Source: Fimicolochytrium jonesii
Taxonomy: Eukaryota
DNA length: 57,127 bases
Reading direction: 5' to 3'
Assembly (NCBI RefSeq): GCF_025526975.1
Contig: NW_026515678.1
Span: 744,001-801,127, forward strand
A model generated the notes under the pieces. The model made no database searches. It worked only from the letters and a program-made list of their open reading frames with translations, and was not told the origin of the DNA. A program made the translations under genes and the position numbers. Shown here in pieces: positions 25,717-37,428 of the stretch; within the stretch, counting starts at the first letter, position 1, and the number at the start of each line of letters is the position of its first letter.

Positions 25717-26756
25717 GTTTGTCGAGAAGATTGTGGTAGTGGCGAGATGAAATCTGTACTTGGCGTTGACCGATCGATGCTCGTTCCTAGTGTGGGTACG
25801 GAGCAGGCAGGAGGAGCACTTGGAAAAGGACGTAGTCTACCTATGAAGTACTGAAGAGGAGGGGTTCGGTCTGTCATGAGGTGCCCATTCATTATATCTG
25901 GTTTGTCCGTTGCGTATGGGAGGACTCTCCTCGCTCAGAGACAAGCTACCAAAGGCCAAGAGCATGCTGGCAGGCGACTTCTGCGTGTTGGGGCAGGAGG
26001 AAGGACATTTTACGATGGTGGATTTTTTGGAGCAAATCATTCCGTAACTTTGTATACGTTAGGCTCTTTAACATTGAACCGCACGGCGGCGGCGATCCGC
26101 ACTTGCAGGGATACTGTATATACTGCGAAGGCACATTTAAGAGGCCGCTCGATCCGTCCCGACTCCCAAGACTCCCAAGAGGGTGTGCGAAGAAGCTCCC
26201 GAAGTGCGGCTGGCTTTCGGACGATCGCATCTGCGCAACATCAAATAAGAAAATAATGCCGCATGAGCCGAATTAATTTTCGAAGGCTTTGCAAAAGCCG
26301 CGCTCTGATGCGAGAACCTTCCGAGAAAGTGAAAGTCGCCGCGGCGGGTGGACGGAGTGGGGCTTTCGTGGCTTTTCGTGGGGGATGCGGCGGGCGAGGG
26401 TTTCACGTGACCTCACATGACCGAGCCACGCACAAGGGAACGATCGTGGCTTCCCATGCACAACAAGAGAACACGCCTCTTGGGGAAGTGTGTCACGCGT
26501 TTTCCATCTCAGAGAGGCACCAAGTAGACTACGTACGTATGCTGCAAGTCACACTATATCGCTCGGCAATCTATTGAATAATGTCTACGTACTAGAGCAT
26601 CCCCAGTATGGGAAAAGCTGTTCCTTGCACAGGAGAATAAATGATGGAGAGAGGGAGGGGCGGGGAAGATACTACAAAAAAAACACATACACACACAGAC
26701 ACCAAACTGCAATGCAACTATAACTGTCTCCGAATCGCTTTATATACGACCCCCCA

Positions 26757-27915
26757 TCAACGCTCTTCCTCCGTCTGCGCGCAGCCCGTTGATGCAGTTC
26801 CATTCGCGACGGGTGGCGGCAGGAGGGCTGTCCCGCTCTGCATGTCCGCCTCAATGTCCGCGACGGGCTCAATGTCCGTGGGCAGTATGTCGGTGCGCTC
26901 CGTCGACACTCGCACGGGCGTGAAATCTGTGCTGCTGAGGTACCATGGCCGGCAGCCTTGGCTTGGCGGGGCGTTGCTGACGGCGTTGTAACTGACGATG
27001 ATGACTCGCCGGTCGAAGGGAGACATGTTGGCCGGCGAGGCGTGGTACGTGGATGGGTGCATGAGCCAGACGTCTAGGGAAAAAGGGAAAAAGGAATTGG
27101 AAGGTGTGTGAGGTGGGGTAGGGAACGAGACGGCTGTCACATCACACATGCTCACCTCCGGGTTTGCCCCTTCCCAACACCAACCCATGTTGGGCGACCG
27201 CGACGGACAGATCGGCCTTCGATATCTCATATTTGAGGTTCGTCGCGACGAACCCAGACACATCTTCCTCGATCTCTTGAGCGTCGCCGCCGGGGACCCT
27301 CTGTTTGCTCTCGACCAAGGTCGTCTTCAACGGGATGGCGCGGCTGCCGGGGACGAACATCGGTGCGCCGTTGAACTCGTCCACGGTGTCCAGGTAGATG
27401 AAGAAGTTAACGGCGTTGTCGGTGGGCATGAGGTCTTCTGTGCACCAATACGCCGAATCCTGATGCCATGGCCATACTCCACCTTCGTAGCCGGCCTTCA
27501 TGTTAATCTTGAACTATGGCGTGATGATGACACATGTGAGCGAGTTCACTTTGCAAGCACAAGGGCAGGCAGGCATTCCGCCCCCGCGAGAACCCTCCCT
27601 CACCTGGTGGACATACACATCATCCTTGAGGATCTCCGCCGCGATGGCAGCCAGCTTGGGCAACGCCACGAGGGTCTTGAAGACGGGCTGTCCCGCGACG
27701 TGCGATGCATAGACGCTCCGGACGACATGTGTTCCGCTCTCTCTGACCGCCGTCTCATCGTCCGCCGATTTGCCGACCAGTTCTCCCTGAACCGCTCGAC
27801 TCAAGACATGGATCTCGTCGGCGGAAAAATGGTGCTGGAGAAGAAGGATGCCGTCAGATTCGTACTGTGCGACCTGCTTCGCGTGTAGCTGTTTGATTTT
27901 GGTAGGGACCACCAT
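26757..27915 (-). CDS. PhyH-family Fe(II)/2OG dioxygenase, L-proline trans-4-hydroxylase/ectoine hydroxylase-like (3 exons)
   Basis: Exons 27915-27604, 27513-27156 and 27073-26757 give VYVHQFKINMKAGYEGGVWPWHQDSAYW...FNGAPMFVPGS...YHASPANMSPFDRRVIIVSYN, which has the HxD...H iron triad and the 2OG-binding Arg. Confidence 0.85.
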
Positions 27916-29067
27916 TGTGACGATGTGAGTTGGGATTCCTGGACGGGAACCTGCTGCTGCTGGAAGGCGTTGGGGGCGGTGGGTGGGGCTGGGTGGTCCT
28001 TCTTGTGGGATTGACAAATGGAAGTCGAGGCTTTGTTGGAACGTTGGTGTTGAGGCCAAATGTGTTGAGCGGCCACAAAGCTGGGAAGGCAAACGGACAT
28101 GAAACAAATCGAGGGTTGGATTGAGGGGAAGCGGGGGTGTTGTTGCTTCGTGATGTCTCGGTTATATGTTAAACGAAATGCTCTGGGGGTTCGGCGACAT
28201 CATGACGACTTCTCCCGCTCATTTTTCCCATGCAAAATTTCTATGTCACAGCTGCTTTGCACTTCTGACGGGGACAAAAGCGGCTTGGCATGCGACGGAG
28301 TACAGACAGCCTTGGGGACCTCCGGATGGGAACAAGGCAACGGGCGCACCGCTGTCGAGCCTCATTCGTGGGAGGACTTGCGTTGGGAGGGCGGAGACTT
28401 TTTCGCGGTCACGAAGGCTCTGGATAGCCGCCGCTCTGTTTGACTATGAGTTCGTGGGGCCTGCTGGGGTTGGGACGTGTTGGGGGTTGCGCGTTGGATG
28501 TCGGCCGTTCTGCAAAAGCGAAAAAGTGCCGTCAACTGTCGATTCCCGACCCCGACTGACGGCACCTTCGTGCGGTGACTTTTTTTTCACATTTCCCATT
28601 TCCGCTCTCAACCCAGAAAAAACACCCCATTGCCATGCCCATCAGATAATTCAAGCACGGAATCTTGCCGCAGTTCATGATGCTCTACAGGCACCGATGG
28701 GATCCCTAGGCTTCGGCTGGAACCCCCCGACCGAACCCGCCGAGCGACTGGCTTTCTGCGAGATTCCGTGTTCACAATGTTGAATGAAGTCGGGGGTGGG
28801 ATCGATAGCTGCGCTTCCCATCGAGGCCGCAGCGAGAGATGTATGATCACGCCGCTGGTGGGTTGAAATGAACGGGCTACGCCGCCGGCGTGTGGTCATT
28901 CGCGAGGAGGGGCGGGGTGATGATGATCCAGGAAGCCGTTCAAGAGACCGCTCGCGAATGAAAGAAAATGTATAAGTAACACCACCCCTCCTCCTTGCTG
29001 CCCTTTTACGCAAGTCACCGTATAGTTCTACCATTCTGGTACTCTTTCCCCACCCCCTCCTTCCAAG

Positions 29068-30861
29068 ATGCCTTCGGAGCTCATAAACAGCGCGACCTAC
29101 ATTCCCTTAACGGAGGACCAGGTAAGGCAACAGCCTTCTCCATCCAACCTTTGGGTCACTCTCTCAAATATGGATCTCCTCCGGACACGCGGACGTTTCC
29201 TCGCAGCTTCCGTCGGCAACGCTCCGTAAAGCGTCCAAGATCACCGTTCGGTTCGATGACCGGCGCGAGTCGGCGTTCCACTGCGTGTGGCTGCGCGATC
29301 ATTGCAAGTGCGCGGAATGCTGGCACCCAAAGACCCACCAGCGGTTCGCGGATATCACGCAGATGCCGCTCAACGTCACTGCCGGCCGTATGCGCGTGTC
29401 CGAGGATAGGAAGGAGTTGATCGTCACTTGTGAGTGTGGGGGGAGTGCTATGGATTGATTATTAGCGCTGGATTTGTTTACTGAAGGGTCGACTGCCCTC
29501 GATCTTTATCTATGTTTTATCTGGGCACAAAACAGGGCTTCATGATGGACATGAAAGCCCGTACAGCTTCGAATGGCTGCGTCATAACACGTACGACCCG
29601 CCGCTCTGCGAAGACTTTGATCTGTAGGCCATCCAAATATCTCGTATAGAAATCACCAGCAAGATCGCAAGCGCACAGTCCCCATTGAATTTTTTTCCCC
29701 ATTTCCCTCTTTTTTGTGCCATTCCATCACCATTCCCACAGGAAACCTCAACGTCTCTGGAGGGCATCCGATCTCGAACGCGAGATGCCAACCGTGCAGT
29801 ACGAAGCCGTGATGGCCGACGACGAAGCGCTCAAGGCGTGGCTTCTCAACATCGTAAGCAGCGGCGGGGTCTCCTCTCCATTTCCGCGTCTCCTCCCCCC
29901 CGCTCAATCCTCTCACACCGACCGCGCTATTCCCCACCCCCCGACAGGAAACCTACGGCATCAGCTTCATTGACGGGATCCCGTCCACGCCGGAAGCGAC
30001 GGACGCGCTCGTGCGCCGCATCGCGTTCGTGCGTGAGACCCATTACGGACTCACCCATGTCATCGCTAACGATATGGCCCATGGCGACGCCGCGTTCTCG
30101 GGCGCCCATCTGCCCGCGCATGCCGATACGTGCTATTTCACCGATTCCGTAGGGTGAGTATCCCTTGCCCTCCCCGAATTCCAGCGCACCACCACCCGAC
30201 CCCACCTCGTCTGTCTTGGGGTGGGTGGGGCGAGGATGAGTGCGTGCGCTTATGTGTGAATGACGGGGACAAACGCAAGCGCGATCGCGTGAGACATGGC
30301 ACCCCACTGACCCACCCCGTCGTTCCCGGCAGTCTCCTCCTCATGCACATCCTCTACCACAACAACGGCACCGGCGGCGAATCCACCTTCGTGGACGGGT
30401 TTGCCGTCGCCGAGCATCTCAAGCACCATCACCGCTGGGCCTACGACGCTCTCACCAGCGTCGGCGTCAGTTACCACTCAGCAGGCGACGCGTCGACGCA
30501 CATCTCCCCTCTGCGCGCATCGCCCATCCTGCAAGCGCACCCGGCGCACCCCGATCGGCTCCTGCAGGTCCGGCACAACAACGAGGACCGGTCGGTCCTG
30601 CGTGGCGTGGAGGGAGATGTGATGGCGGTGTTTTATGCCGCTTTGCAGTTGTGGACGAGGTTGTTGAAGGAGGATGAGTGGCAGGTGAGGATCAAGATGC
30701 CCAGGGGCAGGGCGGCGATTGTCGACAATTGGAGAGTGTTGCATGGGCGCACCGCGTTCACCGGGTCGAGGGCCCTGTGTGCGGCGTATGTGAATAGGGA
30801 TGATTGGAGGAGTAGGGTGAGGATGGTCGTGGATGGGAATAGGGAGAAGCAGTTTATTTGA
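29068..30861 (+). CDS. Trimethyllysine dioxygenase / gamma-butyrobetaine hydroxylase-like Fe(II)/2OG dioxygenase (multi-exon)
   Basis: N-terminal Zn domain WLRDHCKCAECWHPKTHQRF, HxD motif LPAHADTCYF, GGESTFVDGFAVA and C-terminal DNWRVLHGRTAF. The first intron is 29122-29206. Confidence 0.85.
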
Positions 30862-31306
30862 GGGGATGGTCTGTCTGGCCTCTCCCTGCGCCCAGTTGCT
30901 TTTCTTTTTCCCTCCCCTTTTGATCTCCTTGCATCACCACAGATAGCCAGATATAGTATGCCTCCATTTCAATGGTTTTCCCGTGTTCCTTTTTCGAGTT
31001 GGAACTTTCATTTCCTCTCCGTTTTCATCTTTTCTTTAATATTCTTCTCAATAATACACAACACATCGCTCTGTTCAAAAAAGGTCTGAAGTCAAAAGAA
31101 TGTTGAGTGTCGACCTTTCCTCCCCTCTTTCCTCTCGAGGTGATCCACAAAGATTTCCCTAAAATCCACCGAACAGGAATATCTTCAAACAGAACACCAC
31201 GTCGGTACGGAGGGGCGTCATTTCGCCTGGTCCATCCATAGATAATCCCACCCAGTCAGGGTTACTCCCGCAGGCATGGCATGATGAAAGACTGTACTTG
31301 AACGTT

Positions 31307-31370
31307 TGAAGGCCAGTGTCCAAACCCCGTGAAGGCCAGTGTCCAAACGATGATTGAAGGCCAGTGTCAA
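31307..31370. repeat. Three short direct repeats (TGAAGGCCAGTGTC-C/A-A) between convergent genes
   Basis: tgaaggccagtgtccaaac occurs twice and tgaaggccagtgtcaa once, at ~24-bp spacing. Confidence 0.7.
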
Positions 31371-31577
31371 TCAACCCGAACAGTACTCAATTAAAAAGCT
31401 TTCCTAATAAATTAACTCTAGAAAAAAAAAACAAGGGCTATCGGGTTTTCAACCCCCCCCCCCCTCTATGTTACTCTAGTTCTGAAAAGGGGGCAAAGGA
31501 CGCGACGGGGGAATAAAAAGTGGTATGAACAATCCTACTTTCAGGGCGAGACCGAATCTTATGGGATGTGGGAGCTA

Positions 31578-34500
31578 CTAATGCTGGCTAACCCAGGTAT
31601 CTACCGCGGCCTTGAGGAAGCTTGCAAGGTCCATCGGCATGGTGTTGGGTGGTGGCGGTGGCTGTTGGTGATGCTCTTGATGTTGCTGTTGTTGTTGTTG
31701 TTGTTGTTGTGGGTGTGCATGGTGTGCATGATGTTGATGAAGGTGCGTTTGCTGTGCACCCCCGTTGCCCTGGCTCCTCATCCCCGTCTCATCGACGAGG
31801 GGCGCGTTGGCGAGGATGCTTGTCGCGGCGGCGGCCAGCTCTGCGGTCGTGGCGGGCACGCCGGGGTCCGTCTGCGCGGCAGCCGATGACGCTGCAGCGG
31901 CGTCCGTCGAGGACGTCGGGACTCCCCCTGCTGCTGCTGCTGCGGCTCCTCCATCGGCTCCGACGACCGACGGCAGGAACATGGAGGACCCGTCAAGCAG
32001 CTGGGTGAATCGCGTGATGCCGTGGGACGACAGCGTCTCCCAGCGGAACTCGTCCATCGCAACGGGTGCTGACGTTGCTCCTGGTGCTGATGTGGATGAG
32101 GCCGGTGGCGGCGGCGTCGTGAGCGCTTGTGAGTTGGAGCCGTGAGGCGCTGCTGCTGATGCGAATGCGGGTGCTGCCACATGGTGCTGCTGGTGCGGCA
32201 GCCGCGCCGATGCATGGTGCGAAGGAAGATCAGTGGTAGTGTGCATGCCAAGGACGTGTGGGTCCATCTGCTGCGATTTTGCGGATGTGAATTGCTGATG
32301 CTGGGAGGTAAGTGGCATGAAGGTTTGTGATGACGCGGGCGGCGGCGGGATCGTGGATTGTGGTTGCGGCCCGGTCAGTTGTGCGTAATGTGCGTTTTGG
32401 TCTTGCATCAAGAACGGATGGAAAAAAGAATGGTGCTGCGGGAGGAGGCCGCCGGGAATGGCATCGGATTGAGACTGTTGCACCAGCACTTGGTCAGAAC
32501 GATACGACGGCGCCTGTGGCTGTTCCTGGTATTGCACTTGTGGTTGTTGTGAATGATGGGGATGCTGTTGTCGCTGTGCTCCATTATTTTGCAATTGTTG
32601 CAATTGTTGTTTCTGATGTTGCTGCTGCTCCAAAAGTTGGGAGTGCGGCATGGAACGGTTGAGATATCCCTGCAGGTGCTGAGAAGGCGCTTGCGTCGTG
32701 TGCTGCAGAGATTGGGGTGGCAACAGCCCCGAGGCAGCGGCGGCAGCGGTCGTGGGGGTGGCTTGAACCGTAGGCGGACAAAGCGCGGCGGCGGCAGCGG
32801 CCTGATCCGCTACCACGGTGCGCAGCTGATAGTGTTGATGCTGACGCCTCGCGAGGAGGCCCTGCAAACGATGGTGAAGCATCACGGGTCCCTTCTCGAC
32901 CAGAACGGTAGAGGTGGAGGTGGTGGGAAGGAGATGATTGAGGAGGCGGCAAGCCTTGTGCAAGGTATCAAGTAACGCGACGTGAAGGCGTTTCCACGTG
33001 TCCCACTCTTCGAGGACCATCGGCTGCTGTGGATGACCGGACATGAGGTCAGCTGGGGAAGACGCCGAGGAGCTAGAGAAAGGCGAAGAAGAATCCGAGG
33101 GCGGTGGGAAGGATCCAGCATTGACCGGCGTGGCGGCCGTCAGCCACAGACTGAGACTGTCCGAGAGCATTTCCGAAACGTCGACACACATCTCGATGCC
33201 GACCGCGCAAAGGTCGAAGAGCTCCCGCTGGCAAATTTCGTCGGGTACGGTGATGGCGGCGCCCCCGAGACCACCGCTCATGCTCGCTATGGTGCTCAGC
33301 AAAGGTTGTACGGGTCTTAGGGCGCTTTCCAGCCTGGACAGGTCGATTGCGGATGACGACCCGTTCGGTTCACCTTGATGATGACTTGAGGACCGGTCGG
33401 GGGTTATTGCCTTTGCTGTGGGACTCTTGAGTGCAGCGTCCGTGTGATGCGGCGATGTGTCCGAACCAGGCTGGCTGCCATCTTCAGAGGCGAGCCGCAC
33501 CGCTAGGATTTGGTACAACAGCAAACGAATGCGGCCAGTTTGTGAGTCCGCGAAAGCCAAGGTGAGCGGCTCCGGGTTCGCCATCAAGAACAAGCGAATC
33601 TCCTCGTCGCAGGCAGTCCTAACGAGGCATCGACGGCGCCGGGATCCAGGGGGCGAGAGTCTCGAGGGGAGCGTCACACTTTGGTACATGACATCCTGTT
33701 CGCTCCGTGCCACAATGCGTGCGGCGAGCAGACACATTTCGGACATGCTAACGAACATGTTTAGGCTGGAAGCGTACACCGATGCTGGCATCCGATTGCG
33801 ATGATGCGCATCGTAGCGACTGGACAGAGACCCGTTCTGTAGGGCGAGGAGGGCTGCGTTTCGGGGCATGTCGTCAAGGGCCGAAAGCAGCGGCGACGTC
33901 GGCAGCCCACAGATCAAACGAGCATAGAGTGAAAAGACAGCACAGGTCCACCAGCAAAAGTTGATGAGCTCATCCTGCACCTCGGCTTCCGATACCGATC
34001 CTCGCTGGACGGGTTCAAAGTCCCGGCCCAATGTGGTCATCAGCTCCAAGGACGCTACTTGGCGGGACCCGGCCTTTCCTCCCGCTGATGCCTGATCTCG
34101 TGAGACGGATCCATGCTGTTGTTGGAAGTTGTGCCCGCGGTGACCGTTCTGAGTGGGTTGAGCCCGCGCCCGGGATGCGTTTACTTCCTGACGAGGCACC
34201 AACGCTTGTGCCGATGCCCACGCTAGGTGGAGGAGGGTGAGCGTCTCCTTCATGCGGCTATTCGTCGGGTGTTCGCTGCCGGCCTCGTCCTGCAACAGCA
34301 TGAGGTGCTGTAGGATCACAATGAGCAGCGTCTGGAGAGTGTCCAGCTCAAAGCAGCCATCGACGCGCATGTAGATGGCGTCCAGCGCCATAGAAAAGAG
34401 ATCGTCGCACTCCTGCCTGCAATGCGAACCGCTCGCCGATGACGATACCCCATCGTCGTCGTCATCGCCGTCGTGGTCATTACAACTGCCCATCGACTGG

Positions 34501-35974
34501 CGCAGACAAGATGCGGATGCGAGGACGACAAGCACGAGCGGTTCGCGCGAGAAGGCGGTGAACGAGGCGAGAAAAGGCGCCGAATGGGAGGTTCCGCTGC
34601 TGCGAAAGGCGGTATTCGAAACATCTTGCTGCAAGAAAGATTGCGCTCTGAGCAAGAGAGTCTTGTTGACCAGGTAGGAGAGAGGATGAAAGAGAAAAAA
34701 CAGCTCGATCAGCTGGAAAGTCTCTAGTCGGCTCATATGCTGGTGCTGAGACAGAAGCCTCTGCGGCTGCTCTTTCATCTCTTGCTGAGTCTGATGTCTT
34801 GATGATGCTGACGACAGTGATAATACGGGTATGTTCGATGGCATCGAGAGCACATTGCTATTGCCCAGAACGTTCTTGAGAAGCTTTGACGACAGAGACA
34901 GGAAGCAAACGTGATGGTTTATTGGCCGCCGCGGCGGGCAGGGGAACTGCCTCATACGTTCTGATGATGCCATCGAGGACAACGACGGCGATTGAATGGA
35001 TAAAGCGGAGGATGTTCCAGGAACTCTTCCGCCCATCTCGTCCTCACTCGCAGAGCATGTGCTGGTGGAGACCGAGGAGAATCCGCAATTGAGCAGATGT
35101 CCGTGGCCGGTAGAACGGGACGGCCTTAAGCTGTCTTCCGCTGGGGATACCGAGACCGTCGAATCGCAAGTATCATTGGACGGCAGGCTGGAGGGTGGAG
35201 AGGGAGGCGAATTTGGCAGGTCGAACATATGTGCGATCATATCCGACGTGGCCATGTCGTGCATGTTGACGGCCGACCGCTGCAATGTCATGTCCGGTGT
35301 GGAAGTGGTCTGACGAGAAATCATGGGAGAATTTTCGACGTTTTGGCTCCCGCTCTCCTTGTTTCTGGTGGAATTCTCCAAGGCAGCAGTCAGCATCTTT
35401 GCGGATCCCTTTTTGGACGCGCTGCCGCGGCTGCTCCCGTCTCTCGTGGAACGGCCATGTAGATGCCTTGCTGATGCGCGAAACTTTTGTGATTTGGTGG
35501 ACGGTCGTCCGAGCTTTTGTCGTGGGAGGTAGATGCATGTCTTCTGGAGTGATTTACATCGGTCGCAGCCATCTTCTTGACCTAAACGAGGGAACGATGC
35601 CATCAATTAGTAAGTGAACGTGATTTGGACTCGCACCTTTGTGAGTCTCGCGGTCCGTCTGTTCTCCTTTTTGTCTTTCCCAACCTCGGAGGAGGTTGCC
35701 AGAGCCGTAAGACCAGGACTTTGTGAGACTTACCGCTACATCTGATCTTCCGCGCGCGACAAGGCTGACAGGCATCTCGCAATGGGGTCTCGTCCTTCTT
35801 GACGCTCCCTGCGCCGGCGCCGGGATTGTTATCCACGGAAAGGTCGGAGGACGTGGATAATGAAGACGCGGTGGAGGAGAAAGACGAGTCTACAGCATCC
35901 TCCTGGGAATAGGGGAATGGGAAATACGACATGGTCTTTCCCACGAGGAAAGGAGATGCGGTGATGCCTACCAT
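31578..35974 (-). CDS. Zn(II)2Cys6 fungal transcription factor with Gln/His/Ala-rich C-terminus
   Basis: Intron 35733-35582 joins ACQPCRARKIRCS to GQEDGCDRCKSLQKTCIY, giving the complete six-Cys binuclear cluster. There is a middle-homology-like region (ELFFLFHPLSYLVNK) and polyQ tracts. Confidence 0.85.
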
Positions 35975-37301
35975 CTCGTCAGCACCTCACGCTACTAGCA
36001 ACGTTAAACCAGGACGATTCTAAGGTTGCGCCGAGGGAGATGAGGAGGAGAATACTGTACTGTACTGTACTGTACGTGGGCGTGGTCGCTATAATAGTAG
36101 TGCTGAGCATCTACGCGCAAGGATTGCACGCGATTCTTTCCTGGCAATTGTCACTAGGAATACTACCCACCACTTCATGGGGACATTGGGGAGTATTCAG
36201 AAGACCCTTACCTTTTTTTGCTAAGGGTCTAATAATATTTTGCTCATATTAAAAACGAGCCGCCGTCAATCATGATTCATGCATGACAAGGATTCGCGAG
36301 TCGCGAAGGGCGTTTCTTCTTTTCCTTTTCCACGAGCGCGCAACGCGTCGCCCCTCCTCCCAATTTCTTATAGCAGCTGGCAGCGAGCGGTCCGCTGCGG
36401 TCGCGCCTGCCATCCTTATGTGCCTGTAATGTATGTACGACGAGAGCCTGAAAGCGGCGGCTTGGGGGCATTCTGGCGGAGGTTCGCAAGACTCGCCACG
36501 CACAAGCCACGCCAGGGCGAAGTAAAAAAAGAAGACTCCACCTTTTCCCAGGCTCTGGTGGTACGACGTGCCAGTTCATTATTACCCCAACGCGTCGACA
36601 GCAATAACTTAAAGTCCCCGAGGCCTCTCCGCCGCGCGATTCATGATTCATGAACCATGCATGCTGCATGATCATTTTGAGGGGCGATCCTCAAATCCTT
36701 CTACGTATGATACAACGCCCACCTTCGATGGTTGTCGCGCGGTGTAGTACCGCAGCAATGCGTGGTAGATCTACACCTACGTACTAGCAACGATCTACTA
36801 TATATATAGTACGACGTTCACGCTGCCACAATGGGCATTGGATACGCGGAGCCTCGCGGAGACTTGGAGAGAATAATAGCGAACAAGGCCGCAAGATCAA
36901 CCCTTATTACTGTAGGACTTACTATTAGATATGATATAGAGCTTGCAATCGTGCGCAGGCCTCCCATCACTGCTACACCGTCTTACGTCTCCTACGCAGC
37001 TCAATGAGCTCCGCTCGGCGACTATCACTTGGACAGAAATATCATGCCGCTGGCAGGAGTATAATACTAGAGGAGTGTTTATTTTCGACAGATTTTCAAT
37101 TTTCGAGTCTCCTATATCGGTGTCGATAGGTGCCGTAGTTTCCATAAACTCTCGTTGCCGAAATACCGCCGCGCCAATGAGCGAAAAAACAACTCTCCGT
37201 CCGCATAGGACACCGCTGCACTTGCGTTTGCAGCACGGCTGCTCTGCACCTACTGACATAGGTTCGCTGGCAGAGATTGGCGATCGAGCGCATGCCGGCC
37301 G

Positions 37302-37310
37302 TATATAAAA
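37302..37310 (+). promoter_or_regulatory. Putative TATA box of the ABC transporter gene
   Basis: TATATAAAA lies ~125 bp upstream of ATG 37429. Confidence 0.45.
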
Positions 37311-37428
37311 GTGTTTTTCCCACCGCCATCCCCACCCCACGCACGTTTACCGTCCTTTGGCAAATCAGGTCTGTCATCCATCCACCACAACGGTATATTC
37401 GGACGGCCTCCGGCAACTTTGCAAGAAC

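Noticed and set aside
28513..28524. CAAAAGCGAAAA word also seen near 4495 and, reversed, near 42656, as a possible cluster-wide TF site
   Set aside because: It is low-complexity, and two of the three occurrences are not in cluster promoters.
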